Below are positions 38,587 through 51,675 of a stretch of DNA of 64,000 bases, piece by piece (within the stretch, counting starts at the first letter, position 1; the number at the start of each line of letters is the position of its first letter). The stretch comes from Mizuhopecten yessoensis (taxonomy: Eukaryota). A program made the translations under genes and the position numbers. The notes beneath the pieces were generated by a model, which had not been told where the DNA came from, did no database searches, and was given only the letters and a program-made list of their open reading frames with translations. The stretch is taken from contig NW_018407093.1 in NCBI RefSeq assembly GCF_002113885.1, positions 515,296 to 579,295 on the forward strand, in the 5' to 3' direction.

Positions 38587-39623
38587 TCTTTCATAACGGA
38601 AAGAGTTATGGGTCCCTCGTGAGATGATGTGACGTGGATCTCTGGAGGGTTTAACCGACTAGAAAAAGTAACACCATGAGCTACAAAGGGAAGGCTGGAA
38701 ATGGTTCTGCCATTCTGTACAATTAGTAACGATCCTAAATTTAACTGCAGATCGAGTCAAAACTCAGCAGCCAGACAAGGATTCAAACCCAAGACCTTCA
38801 AACTCTAGACTGCCACTCTAAAAAAGTGAATTATGAATTTGAAATTTTTGTTTCATTTCTCGAAAGATGATTGATAACAGCTTTTCACAATTTATCAATT
38901 ATTAGCACAACAGGCCCAGTGAACCTCTTACTCTGGATTCCTCATTGCTTACTGTATGTGCTTGCACTTGATTTTTAATTTAGAGATAAAGAAAGTAGAT
39001 AGAAATAAAAAGGGAAAAAAATGTAAATTAAAACGTTTGTTTCCCGACATAATTTGTGTGGGAGTTGGCAGAAATGGCACTTGTCAGAGATGTGTGTGTG
39101 TGTGTTCAGGCAATGTGCCACGATTTAAGTCTAGGTGATTATAATTGTCTTTGTCAGCTAGGGAAAAATGAAATGAGATGTATTTTGGATTTAAGTAAAG
39201 CAGTAACATCATGAAATGCCTTACTCTGACATAACATGCTGTCGTAGAATCACTTTTTTACAAACATTTCCATTCCGTCCTTGTCCTACTTGAGGGCATT
39301 AGCCATTTTCTATGAAATATGAATATAGAATTATTTTTTTACAAATATATCCGTTCTGTCTTTATCGATACTTGTGGGCAAATTTTATGAAATCTAATGT
39401 GAAGTTTTTTGGGTGTCTGTAACATTCAGTAATATACATGTAATGATCAATAGATAGAATGATAGATCAGTGTTAAAGGATTTGCTTTAGAAATCATATT
39501 ATTTTTAAAAAAAAACTTGAGTTGTTTACTTTAAGAATACTTATCTGAGGGCTTTGAACCAGACAGATCCTAGAGCCCCGTAACTAACAGATCCTAGTGC
39601 TCTGCTCTTATAGATCCTAGGCC

Positions 39624-39803
39624 CTAACCCATACAGATCTTAGTCCCATCCATACAAGCCCTTTGGCCCAAACCTATACAGATCTTAGTCCCATCCATAC
39701 AAGCCCTTTGGCCCAAACCCATACAGATTCTAGTCCCATTCATACAAGCCCTTTGGCCCAAACCCAAACAGATTCTAGTCCCATCCATACAAGTCCTTAG
39801 GCC
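39624..39803. repeat. 45-bp minisatellite, about four copies
   Basis: AAACCCATACAGATCTTAGTCCCATCCATACAAGCCCTTTGGCCC. Confidence 0.9.
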
Positions 39804-40199
39804 CTGAATTGTACACAACCTGGGTCCGCTGTCCTGGGCTTTAGCTTCTTAATTCACATCTCAAATATCACTTTATATGTCCTTATATTTAAAAAAAAAA
39901 AAAAATGCAACAATTGTAATGTATATTATACAAGAGTTAATATTTCTAACAGATTGTTGTTTTTTATCTCATTTTTAGACTTTGATGCTTCTTTTTTGGA
40001 TGATGAGATAATTAAAATAGATATATGTATGGCTTTTTATAGTAAAAAATAACAAGAACAAAATCAACACATTTCAGTGGGTTGTCTTAAGCCAGAATAT
40101 GAAACTTGTGATTTTTCCATGAACAACAAAAACGTTTTCAACCTCCTATAAATATACTCATTTGAATAACCCCCCCTTTATGGTTATTCCTGTAAACAG

Positions 40200-40386
40200 G
40201 CAGCACTGTGATTGAGCAAGAGAAGAAGAGGATTGAGGAGCTGAAACGTCGGGCTGCTGATGAGGGAAGAGCTCAGTGGGAGGAGCGCAAACTCAGGGAG
40301 GCAAACTGTAAAAGTTTCAACTCATTGGAGTCTGAGGACTCCAGCATTGCCAGCAGCTGTGAAACACCCTCAGAGAAAGAAACAAG
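40200..40386 (+). CDS. PHLDB: PHLDB-like exon (STVIEQEKKRIEELKRRAADEGRAQWEERK...SIASSCETPSEKET)
   Basis: ttcctgtaaacAG acceptor (phase 1), AAG|gtaggt donor (phase 2), 187 nt, open frame. Confidence 0.88.
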
Positions 40387-40611
40387 GTAGGTAACTCTAT
40401 GTAGGAAGGGAGACAACTCCAATAAATCTAATGTTACATTGCCAGCAGCTGTGAAATAACCTCAGAGATAGAGACAAGGTAGGTAACTCTATGTAGGAAG
40501 GGAGACAACTCCAATAAATCTAATGTTACATTGCCAGCAGCTGTGAAATAATCTCAGAGATAGAGACATGGTAGGTAACTCTATGTAGGAAGGTAGACAA
40601 CTCCAATAAAT
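40345..40611 (+). repeat. 92-bp x3 tandem duplication spanning the exon end and donor
   Basis: Units start at 40345, 40437, 40529; GTAGGT donors at 40387, 40479, 40571. Confidence 0.92.
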
Positions 40612-41319
40612 ATTTTGTAAAAGATATATATACCACTGGAACTTTTTCTTGCTGCATGGTTGGTTTTATTTCAGCGGAGTTGAATAAGAGACGGAGAAGA
40701 GGGACAACTCAAATTGTTTTCAGATTTATAAACAATATATCCATATTCTGCCATATTTGTAAAGTATACAAACTTAGGTATAAGGATTTAACTGGTATGT
40801 GTACGGCAGTGATAATCCTTTATTCTGACAACTGATGTACTCCCAGTAAAGGTCCGACGCACAAACACAAATGTCATATCGTCAGTGCATGAAACGAAAC
40901 ATGCCATTATACTTACGACCGGATATATTATTTCATGATTTATGAGGTGATGTTTCACAAATGCATCTCAACCTGTCGCAATGCACCGCATATATGAATG
41001 CCTTGTAATAAAGTTATGTGAGGGTGATCTCTGGAGAGTGACACTGACTAGAGAAAGGAGGATACTGTGAGTTTCTGTACCCGGATGCATTTGGTGTAAA
41101 TTCTGGTCCAATTATGCATGAAAACAAAATTTCTGTTTATGCTATTTATACTTGTTTTGTATCCGGTACATATGGATGAGCTGGGTGTCAAAAAGGGTCA
41201 GACTATATTGCAAAAAATGAAAAATACCAGTTTTTGTGAATATATCAAGATTATCATTGTAATCATGCAGTTATGGAAATTTCTGCTAATTTCAAAATGC
41301 ACTCAAAGTTTTATTTTGA

Positions 41320-44026
41320 GGGAAGCAGGTCTAATAAACAGCTCCTTGTCAGTCTACAGGGAAGTCTAATAAACAGTTCCTTGTCAGTCTATAGGGAAGT
41401 CTAATAAACAGTTCCTTGTCAGTCTACAGGGAAGTCTCATAAACAGCTCCTTGCCAGTCTACAGGGAAGTCTAATAAACAGCTCCTTGTCAGTCTATAGG
41501 GAAGTCTAATAAACAGTTCCTTGTCAGTTTACAGGGAAGTCTAATAAACAGTTCCTTGTCAGTCTACAGGGAAGTCTAATAAACAGCTCCTTGTCAGTCT
41601 ACAGGGAAGTCTAATAACCAGCTCCTTGTCAGTCTACAGGGAAACGTGTCTAATAAACAGCTTGTCAGTCTACAGGGAAGTCTAATAAACAGCTCCTTGT
41701 CAGTCTACAGGGAAGTCTAATAAACAGCTCCTTGTTAGTCTACAGGGAAGTCTAATAACCAGCTCCTTGTCAGTCTATAGGGAAGTCTAATAAACAGCTT
41801 GTCAGTCTACAGAGAAGTCTAATAAACAGCTCCTTGTTAGTCTACAGGAAAGCAGGACTAATAAACAGCTCCTTGCCAGTCTACGGAGGCAGGTCTAATA
41901 AACAGCTCCTTCCCAGTCTACGGGGAAGTCTAATAAACAGTTCCTTGTCAGTCTATAGGGAAGTCTAATAAACAGTTCCTTGTCAGTCTACAGGGAAGTC
42001 TAATAAACAGCTCCTTGTCAGTCTACAGGAAAGCAGGTCTAATTATCAACTCATTGCCAGTCTAAAGGGAGGCAGGTCTAATAAACAGCTCCTTGCCAGT
42101 CTACGGGGAAGTCTAATAAACAGCTTGTCAGTCTACAGGGAAGTCTAATAAACAACTCCTTGTCAGTCTACAGGGAAGTCTCATAAACAGCTCCTTGCCA
42201 GTCTACAGGGAAGCAGGACTAATAAATAGTTCCTTGTCAGTCTACAGGGAAGTCTAATAAATAGTTCCTTGTCAGTCTACAGGGAAGTCTAATAAACAGC
42301 GCCTTGTCAGTCTACAGGGAAGTCTAATAACCAGCTCCTTGTCAGTCTACAGGGAAGTCTAACAAACAGCTCCTTGTCAGTCTACAGGGAAACGCGTCTA
42401 ATAAACAGCTCCTTGTCAGTCTACCGGGAAGTCTAATAAACAGTTCCTTGTCAGGCTACAGGGAAGTCTAATAAACAGCTCCTTATCAGTCTACAGGGAA
42501 GTCTCATAAACAGCTCCTTGCCAGTCTACAGAGAAGTCTAATAACCAGCTCCTTGTCAGTCTACAGGGAAGTCTAATAAACAGCTCCTTGTCAGTCTACA
42601 GGGAAGTCTCATAAACAGCTCCTTGCCAGTCTACAGGGAAGTCTAATAACCAGCTCCTTGTCAGTCTACAGGGAAGTCTAATAAACAGTTCCTTGTTAGT
42701 CTACAGGGAAGTCTAATAAACAGCTCCTTGCCAGTCTACAGGGAAGTCTAATAAATAGTTCCTTGTCAGTCTAAAGGGAAGTCTAATAAATAGTTCCTTG
42801 TCAGTCTACAGGGAAGGCTAATAAACAGCTCCTTGTCAGTCTACTGGAAAGCAGGTATAATTATCAACTCCTTGCCAGTCTACAGGGAAGCAGGACTAAT
42901 AACCAGCTCCTTGCCAGTCTACAGGGAAACGCGTCTAATAAACAGCTCCTTGCCAGTCTACAGGGAAGTCTAATAACCAGTTCCTTGTTAGTCTACAGGG
43001 AAGTCTAATAAACAGCTCCTTGTCAGTCTACAGGAAAGCAGGTATAATTATCAACTCCTTGCCAGTCTACAGGGAAGCAGGACTAATAAACAGCTCCTTG
43101 CCAGTCTACAGGGAAGCAGGACTAATAAACAGCTCCTTGCCAGTCTACAGGGAAACGCGTCTAATAAACAGCTCCTTGTCTGTCTACAGGGAAACGCGTC
43201 TAATAAACAGCTCCTTGTCAGTCTACAGGGAAGTCTAATAAACAGCTCCATGCCAGTCTATAGGGAAGCAGGTCTAATAAACAGCTTGTCAGTCTACAGG
43301 GAAGTCTAATAAACAGCTCCTTGCCAGTCTATAGGGAAGCAGGTCTAATAAATAGCTCCTTGTCAGTCTACAGGGAAGTCTAATAAACAGTTCCTTGTCA
43401 GTCTACAGGGAAGCAGGTCTAATAAACAGCTTGTCAGTCTACAGGGAAGTCTAATAACCAGCTCCTTGTCAGTCTACAGGGAAGTCTAATAACCAGCTCC
43501 TTGTCGGTCTACAGGGAAACGCGTCTAATAAACAGCTCCTTGTCAGTCTACAGGGAAGCAGGTCTAATAAACAGCTCCTTGCCAGTCTACAGGGAAGTCT
43601 AATAAACAGCTCCTTGTCAGTCTACAGGGAAACGCGTCTAATAAACAGCTCCTTGCCAGTCTATAGGGAAGTCTAATAAACAGCTCCTTGCCAGTCTATA
43701 GGGAAGCAGGTCTAATAAACAGTTCCTTGTCAGTCTACAGAGAAGTCTAATAAACAGCTCCTTGTCAGTCTACAGGGAAGTCTAATAAACAGCTTCTTGC
43801 CAGTCTACAGGGAAGTCTAATAAACAGCTCCTTGCCAGTCTACAGGGAAGCAGGTCTCATAAACAGCTCCTTGCCAGTCTACAGGGAAGTCTAAAAACCA
43901 GCTCCTTGTCAGTCTATAGGGAAGCAGGTCTAATAAACAGATTTTTGCCAGTCTACAGGGAAGTAGGTCTATTAAACAGCTCCTTGTCAGTCTACAGAGA
44001 AGCAAGTATTATAAACAGCTCCTTGA
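41320..44026. repeat. 2.7-kb minisatellite of 35/39-bp variants (GTCTAATAAACAGCTCCTTGTCAGTCTACAGGGAA +/- GCAG or ACGC)
   Basis: Period measured directly; interspersed length variants. Confidence 0.97.
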
Positions 44027-44584
44027 AACTGTGTGACTGATAAAATCAATCATTTTACTATGACAAGCCACTCATCTGTAAACCATTACTGTCAATCCTA
44101 TTATCTCCATTCCATTTGTGTTACTACGACTACCAGTCACTTAATTCCACCAGTCGCTTTTCTGTTTTATTATTTCCGCTATTTAAGCAAAAATTTGCGA
44201 GTGAGAGAAAGTTGATGTATAATTGATTTGTTTTTGGTTTGTTGGACTCAGCTGAACTTGGTCAGTTTACATGTGGTAAATATTCTACAGATTCCCAACT
44301 TGTAGATTTTTGCAAATACAAATAATAGTATTTATGTTTCTGGTGTACAAGTTAGAGATTCAGTTTTCTGATTATGGTTTATTAGAGGCAGCTCTGTTTT
44401 TGTAATGATTCTGTCCATAATTGGGAATGTTGTTATGATATGTTACTCGCCATCATATTGAGGGGGGTATGTATTTTTATCTGTAAATGAGTGGGTTTTG
44501 TGAGATGGATCTGTCACTCAGTATACTGTGTACGTTATCTACTTCACTTTTATATAATATTACATAAGGCTTTACACTTCTTCA

Positions 44585-44850
44585 TCTTCTCTGTATTCCT
44601 CCCTCTCCCCTTCGTCATCCCCCTCTTCTCTGTATCCCTCCCCTCCCCTTCGTCCCCATCTTCTCTTTATCCCTCCCCTCCCCCCTGTGTCTCCATCTTA
44701 TCTGTACCCTTGGATCACCCTCCCCTCCCCTTCGTCCCACCTTCTCTTTATCCCTTCCCTCCCCCCTGTGTCTCCATCTTATCTGTACCCTTGGATCACC
44801 CTCCCCTCCTTCATATCCCTTTTTCATGTATCCTTCCCCATCCCCTCCTT
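44585..44850. repeat. Polypyrimidine low-complexity tract with internal duplication
   Basis: CT-rich; CCCCCTGTGTCTCCATCTTATCTGTACCCTTGGATCACCCTCCCC occurs twice. Confidence 0.8.
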
Positions 44851-45214
44851 TGTCATCCTAACCAATCAATGAACCTCCGTCAGAAAAGTGTTTGAGTTTT
44901 TTTGCCCCTTAGTCTAATACCAACAGAGCTGGACATGCCAATCGGATTTCAGGTTGCTAATCGTCTGAAGTCGTTCATTTGTAATTAAGGCTAAGGCTGA
45001 TTAACGAGGCAGTGCAGACAGCTTAGTGGACAATGGCAAGAGTGCCTGTGTAGAGTTCAAGTAGCTTCTCACCACCAGCAGACTCATCACTCACTGTATC
45101 TCTGTCTCGTTAGAGTTCTTCTATTCAAGAAGTATTTGGTTAATATTCTGATAATATCCTTCAAATTGCGTTACTAAGATGAAGCATAGCATATTATGAC
45201 TATGATAATTATGA

Positions 45215-45790
45215 TACTGACCTTGGGGCAGGCTCTGATCATATTCACCCTGACTTTAGGCCGGGCTGTGATCATATTCACCCTGACTTTAGACTGGGCT
45301 GTGATCATATTCACCCTGACTTTAGGCTGGGCTCTGATCATATTCACCCTGACTTTAGGCCTGGCTCTGATCATATTCACCATGACTTAAGGCCGGGCTC
45401 TGATCATATTCACCTTGACTTTAGGCCGGGCTCTGATCATATTCACCCTGACTTTAGGCCTGGCTCTGATCATATTCATATTGACCTTGAGCCGGGGTCT
45501 TATCATATACACATTGACCTTGATCCAGGCTCTGATCATATTAATCTTTACCTTTGGTTAGGCTCTGATCATATTCACCTTGACCTTGAGCCATGCTCTG
45601 ATCATATTCACTTTGACCTTGAGCCAGGCTCTGGTCATATTCACATTGAACATGAGCCAGGCTCTGATCATATTCACCTTGACCTTGAGCCAGGCTCTCA
45701 TCATATTCACCTTGACCTTGGCTCTGATCATCTTCACCTTGACCTTGAGTCAGGCTCTGATCATATTCACCTTGACCTTGGTTTGACCTG
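45215..45790. repeat. 33-bp minisatellite (GGCTCTGATCATATTCACCYTGACYTTRRGCCR); decayed relatives at ~46280-46490
   Basis: 11-aa periodic ORFs; visible units. Confidence 0.9.
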
Positions 45791-46742
45791 AAGCTGACAA
45801 GTGTTTGATCACCTTTGACTGTAAGCTGACCGCTTTCGATGTAATTCTGTAGAGCAGATACTGGTCAATGCTGCCCTAATCCTGAACTGGGTTTGGTTAT
45901 AAACACTGCATGGCATTTTGAGGCTGAGATCTGAAAAATATCTAAATCCAGCTAGCAGTATTCTAAAACTGTTTTCACAGATATTGACATTTGTAAGAAA
46001 TGTTCTCAGCACAAAGTTTCAAAGAACATACATCAAATTTTGGTACTCGCTGTAGTCAGTACAATGTGATAAAACAGATTTTATTGGTGCTCATCAAATA
46101 GTGATAAATTAGACACATATCTGTCATCCCAATTTGTTGTGATAGCTACTCGCCATTAATGACGATACAACTCACTGGCTGCAGGCACTTAAATGTCATG
46201 TTGCTACATATGAAATACTGGCTGGGTATGACAGTGTACAGAGGATTGAGTACCCCTGCTCCAGGCATGACTGTTAACTTTGTCTTTGACCTTAGGACTG
46301 GTGTGATCATATTGACCTTGACCTTAGACCTAAGTAAGGGCATGACCATTAGGCTTTGCTGTAATCACATTGACCTAAACCTTAGGCCTGGCTGGGATCA
46401 TATTGACCTTGACTAGCTATGATCATGACCTTGATGATAAGGCTTCACTGTCATTAACCTTGACCTTGGTTATGACACTCTCACCTTGACTAAAAGACCG
46501 GGGTTACAGATTTACCTAATGCTAGTGAATTCCACTAAGTTAGGGTTCGGTTTTGGTTTGTTTATACCTAACGTCCTATTAACAGCTTTGGTCATTTAAG
46601 GACGAGCCAGATTTTGGCAGTGGAGGAAATTGGGAGTGCATGGAGAAAAAACCAACTGACCTGCGGCCAGTAAACCGGTTGACTGCCACATGTAGGCCTT
46701 GAACCTGTGACCCAATGGTGGATGGCTAGTGATCATAGATCG

Positions 46743-46833
46743 TTAACTCATTCACCTCTGAAATTTCATAATGAACTATTCCAACCTTTGAATTGGAAGA
46801 GTTTAAATGTGCTTTCAGGGGTGAATGAGTTAA
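46743..46833. mobile_element. TTAA-flanked MITE, copy 3
   Basis: Same TIRs and interior; sits at the end of a SINE-like fragment. Confidence 0.8.
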
Positions 46834-47921
46834 ACACCTTAACCACTTGGCCACTGTGTTTGTCGTTTCCTTTTACACATCAGTAGCCTCACTGTTTCCG
46901 ACTTCACAGTTGACTGGTTTCCTTCCTCGTCTCCTTCATCACCTAACCGTGATACAGCTGTACAATGTGTTACCAGTATACATACTAGGAATGACCAGTT
47001 TTCCTCCAGGGGAGATAATCTCACTGTTAAACCATAGTAAAAGGAACAAGTCAGTTTAACAAAATTTAAACCTGATTTAAATTAGTGAAGATAATCACTT
47101 AAATGTTTTGCGTCAAAACATTTATTTATATTTCTCTTGTTGACATGGACCACCCATGTCTCTCTGTCTTGCTCATAATTTACCCAAATTGATTACACCC
47201 CCTGGGATTACTTTATACTGATTGGGATCAATATGACTGGAAGAGTCCATGGTCATTACGTAGGGAAGACAAGTAAACAATAGGAAATGACCAATACATA
47301 CACACCTTGTTCTCAGCTCCATGTAACTTCTGTCAGAAATTCTATAAAAAAGAGGCCTCAGCCCGCCACATTGCTGGGACACCAGTTGAAGAGAATCAAT
47401 ATATCTTCACCTTATGCAAGACAGCATGCACCATTTCAGGTGTGAGGGAACGCTAACATACAAAAATCACTGACCTGGAGCTCTGATTTAATGCTTCAAT
47501 GACCTTTTTCTATCCTCCTGATGGTGAGTACAGTTGGTACATAGATTTCTTCACTCCAGTAGGATCGGCAGCACAATCACTGGGAACTACACATCAAGTT
47601 CTGTCGGTATACCGCACAGAAGATCCAGAATATAATGATGTAACCTTGCAAGATAAAAACTGCTATTCTCTATTGTGGTCATGGAGTCTCATTTAGCCAG
47701 AAACTACAATTCCAGCCGCCGAAACTGTAACTTTATAGATACAAACCTAAGTGTCTGCCTTATACAGTAATGTCAGCACCAAAGGAAATATCGAAGGTTA
47801 AACATGAAATAGCAAACTTTTTTAATATATAATGAACAAAATGGAAAAAAATTATTATAGAAATTATTTTTAGCCAAAGAAGAATATAGTCAATTAGAGG
47901 CACTCTTAGGCTCATGTAGAA

Positions 47922-48118
47922 GAGATTTACTGTCAATAAAGAATATTTACTGTCAGTTAAGAATATTTACTGTCAATTAAGGAGATTTACTATCAATATG
48001 TATATTTACTATCAATACAAGTAAGTTACTGTCAATAAAGAAGATTTACTGTCAATAGAGGATATATACAGTCAGTAGAGATATTTACTATCAATACTGG
48101 CGATTTACTGTCAATACA
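47922..48118. repeat. ~20-bp degenerate repeat (ATTTACTGTCAATA)
   Basis: About ten units. Confidence 0.8.
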
Positions 48119-48179
48119 TATTCTAATGCTATACATGTCTTTCCTTTTGTCCTGCCAAACCAGACAGGTAGATTGTAAG

Positions 48180-48460
48180 CTTGATACAGGTGAAGGGTGA
48201 GCTTATTGATACAGGTAATTGGTGAGCTTATTGTTACAGGTAAATGGGGAACTTGATACAGGTGAAGGGTGAGCTTATTGATACAGGTATAAATGGAGAA
48301 CTTGATACAGGTAGATGGGGAACTTATTGATACAGGTAAATGGGGAACTTGATACAGGTGAAGGGTGAGCCTATTGATACAGGTAAATGGGGAACTTGAT
48401 ACATGTGAAGGGTGAGCTTATTGGCATACCTGAGGTAAATTGTGAGCTTGGTACAGGTAA
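48180..48460. repeat. TTGATACAGGT-based alternating repeat
   Basis: Alternating GTGAAGGGTGAGCTTA and GTAAATGGGGAAC units. Confidence 0.8.
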
Positions 48461-49199
48461 ACTGTTTCTTACAGAACAAGTACAGGGCAGGATAATCTGT
48501 GAATAGTTTATGGCGTGCGGCGGAATGGCTTCTCAATGATGACATCATGCATGACTACATAGTTCATTGGCATACCTGCGGTTAATGATTCGTAAACCAG
48601 ACTGCCTTCATAAACATATTTTTAATTTGTCAGTAGGGTATATATAATTGATGGAGAAGTTGGGGATGTCTGAGGCTGTGATCAGCTCCTCTGGTACTGC
48701 TCTCCCAGTCCCTGGTGTGTATACAGCTTCAGCAGCTGATCGTCACCTCACCATCAACGAACTTATCAGACAGTGCTGTCAGAAGGGCATTCAAACTCAG
48801 TGTTAAATTGGTGTCTCATTCACATTCATGGGATGGAGTTTCCTTGTAAACTTAATTGACATTTTAATTATCTGAAAAGAGGAGAAGTCACTGGACCATG
48901 TGATACTTCTATGCATCTTTGACTGTTGTCATGGAAATTAGTGTATATTATTATAAAAACACAACTTTTCAGAAGACTTGGTGCAGAGAAGGGGAGTTGT
49001 ACAGCTGGAACCTTAAGGGCTGTGTGTATTGTCTGGATGTTGGCAGTGGCTTCTGTTAATTCTTACGTAATTCTTGGACAAATATTTCAGAGATTTGAGC
49101 ATACCTGAAACAAATCAGGGCTTTATAGTAAACAACCGGTTTATTTACAGTGGAGTTTTCTGGCGTCTCGCCCTGCAGTACGTAACCTGTCCGTCAGCT

Positions 49200-49384
49200 T
49201 GTGATTGGAGAAAACACTTCAGGATTGGTTAGGATCCGATTGGAATCGGTCCGGTATATTTGTTTTGTACAGTTATTAGTATATATCAGTACAGCTTCGG
49301 GGGTTTCTGTGAGGTTTATCAACAAGAGGCTCATATTTCCCTAGAGATGCCAGCAGGCGAAAATAATTGTTTACCTACAAATCG
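49200..49384 (+). promoter_or_regulatory. Candidate intronic promoter and first exon (MPAGENNCLPTN-R, ATG 49347)
   Basis: Three GATTGG (reverse CCAAT) boxes at about 49203-49243, Inr-like ATCAGT near 49286, then ATG and a CG|gtagag phase-2 donor. Confidence 0.35.
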
Positions 49385-50739
49385 GTAGAGTTCGATATTT
49401 ATGTTTCCAGGAAGGAAATTCATCCGATATTGATTGACACAGAAACCGAAATCATTTACACCTGCTAACGAGGTTTTAACACCCATGAATATTCATAAGG
49501 CAAGGCCGTTAAGATGATTGGGAGCAGTATAAATATTTGATTGTTTGTTGAGCAAGATTAATTTTCTGTTCATCAACATAATACTCATCTGATTTAGAAA
49601 TAATTGGTTTCTGCTGGGAGTTAACGAGACGTTATATGTAATAGTCACAGGTTGGTGTGCGCGTGTGTATTGGGGCTAATCTAACCAACAGGTGCTTTTC
49701 TTACCCACAGGGACCGGGCACATATAAATACTTCTAGTATGTTTCTGATAATGATACTAATAGGATAATTTGTCTCACCCCTGTGCTCATACTCTGCTTG
49801 TAAATATCCCTATCTACAGCCTAGCAATCACGGAAAAATAGAAATAAACTATGATAATTACTGTACTATATCATATTTACTGTAATAAAATGTATAAATA
49901 TCTGTATAATGTTATAACAAATTAGAGATATAATTATTTATTGTAAAATATAAATAGAATGTATAACCCTCAAGTGTTACATGTAAATTAATATGTAGAT
50001 AAACTGTAAAGTTCGACTCAGATATAGTTGGTTTATAAATTCAAACAACTATATCTGAAGTTCCAATACATTTTAATCATTAGATACATTTACAGCATTA
50101 TTCAGACAGGTATATATATCTATAGCATTTATGTGAAGAGATAACTTTTGGTATATAACGACCAATCAGAAGGACAATTTCTATTCACTGTATTAAAAAT
50201 TCATCACTGCAGAATTTCAGTCTCTGATACATGCAGATGATCAATGTACAGTATAATAGTGGTTGTTTGGGTACATCGTTGCTATAAACACTGTATTTTT
50301 TACATATAATACATAACTAATAACATTCTTGTTAGCAAATAAGGGAAATTTCACCGGATAACAGTAGAACACAACAGACCAATTAAAATGGCACACAGCC
50401 TTTTAGTCAAGTGTGACATATCATTTGAATATTGTGTAAAATATAACAGTACTAATTAAATCCCACACTTGTTTAGTATTTTCGTACTTGCACTTTAAAA
50501 CGATCACTAACAAGAAAATGTAATGTAAATGCGCTACTATTTTGCTTGTATAGCAGAATATACTGATATTTTTCATTTGTTGGGGGTTTATGAAGAATAC
50601 TGATATACTCTGCCTTAATTGTGAATAATTTTTAATGGGAAACAGTTGAATATCTTGTATATAGATTACGAGTGAAAGTCCACACAGTATACTTATCATG
50701 TATTGTTCAGGTTACATAACCCATATGTATATAACTGTG

Positions 50740-51024
50740 GGGGTATCATAGATTACAGGTGTATGAGGGGGTATCGTAGATTACAGGTGTATGAGGGGGT
50801 ATCATAGATTACAGGTGTATGAGGGGGTATCATAGATTACAGGTGTATGAGCGGGTATCGTAGATTACAGTTGTATGAGCGGGTATCGTAGATTATAGGT
50901 GTATGAGCGGGTATCATAGATTACAGGTGTATGAACGGGTATCGTAGATTACAGGCGTATGAGCGAGTATCGTAGATTACAGGTGTGTGAGCGGGTATCG
51001 TAGATTACAGGTGCATGAGCGGGT
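50740..51024. repeat. 28-bp minisatellite (GTATCGTAGATTACAGGTGTATGAGCGG)
   Basis: About ten copies. Confidence 0.93.
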
Positions 51025-51254
51025 TGTTTACAGGTGTACCTGTATATATACTGTAAGAGGTTTCATAGCCTTTATCTGGTATATATATCTTTTTCTTAAT
51101 GGGAATTTCAGTTTTTTTTACCACAGTTGAATTGGCCTTCCCACTGTTTGGCAGTGTGTCTGTATATACACAAAGTGATGAAATAAATACCAGTCTACCA
51201 TTTTGTTCCTACTTACCGCCCAGGTGTGGGTGTGACCCAGGTGTGGGTATGGAT

Positions 51255-51675
51255 GTGGTTCTGGTGTGGCCCTTGTGTGGTCCTGGTGTGGTCCTGGTGT
51301 GGCCCTGGTCTGGTCCTGGTCTGGCCCTGGTGTGGCCCTGGTCTGGTTCTGGTGTGGTCCTGTTCTGGTCCTGGTGTGGTCCTGGTGTGGCCCTGGTGGG
51401 GTCCTGGTCTTGTCCTGGTCTGGTCCTGGTGTGGTCCTGGTCTGGTCCTGGTGTGGCCCTGGTGTGGTCCTGGTCTTGTCCTGGTGTGGTCCTGGTGTGG
51501 CCCTGGTCTGGTTCTGGTCTGGTCCTGGTGTGGTCCTGGTTTGGTCCTGGTGTGGCCCTGGTGTGGTCCTGGTCTTGTCCTGGTCTGGTCCTGGTGTGGT
51601 CCTGGTGTTGTCCTGGTGTGGTCCTGGTGTGGCCCTGGTGGGGCCCTGGTCTGGTTCTGGTGGGGCCCTGGTGTG
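51255..51675. repeat. 11-bp GGTGTGGTCCT-type simple repeat
   Basis: Stop-free repeat producing spurious ORFs in five frames. Confidence 0.93.

Larger units (their letters stand above)
7839..40386 (+). other. PHLDB: Partial multi-exon gene, PHLDB/LL5-family protein (nine coding exons in window; 3' end and probably the 5' end outside the window)
   Basis: Spliced translation is open across all nine exons with matching intron phases. It contains motifs I recognise from vertebrate PHLDB1/2: ERLEKQRLEEILNMCAEY, QENEAIRE-LEMERALLEGE and FDDLEFQQLE-SEAKFEEEKE. Confidence 0.88.

Noticed and set aside
47440-47530. Exon-like segment ending in GATG|gtgagt
   Set aside because: Stops in the frame required by the phase-2 intron; could only be non-coding, and there is no other support.
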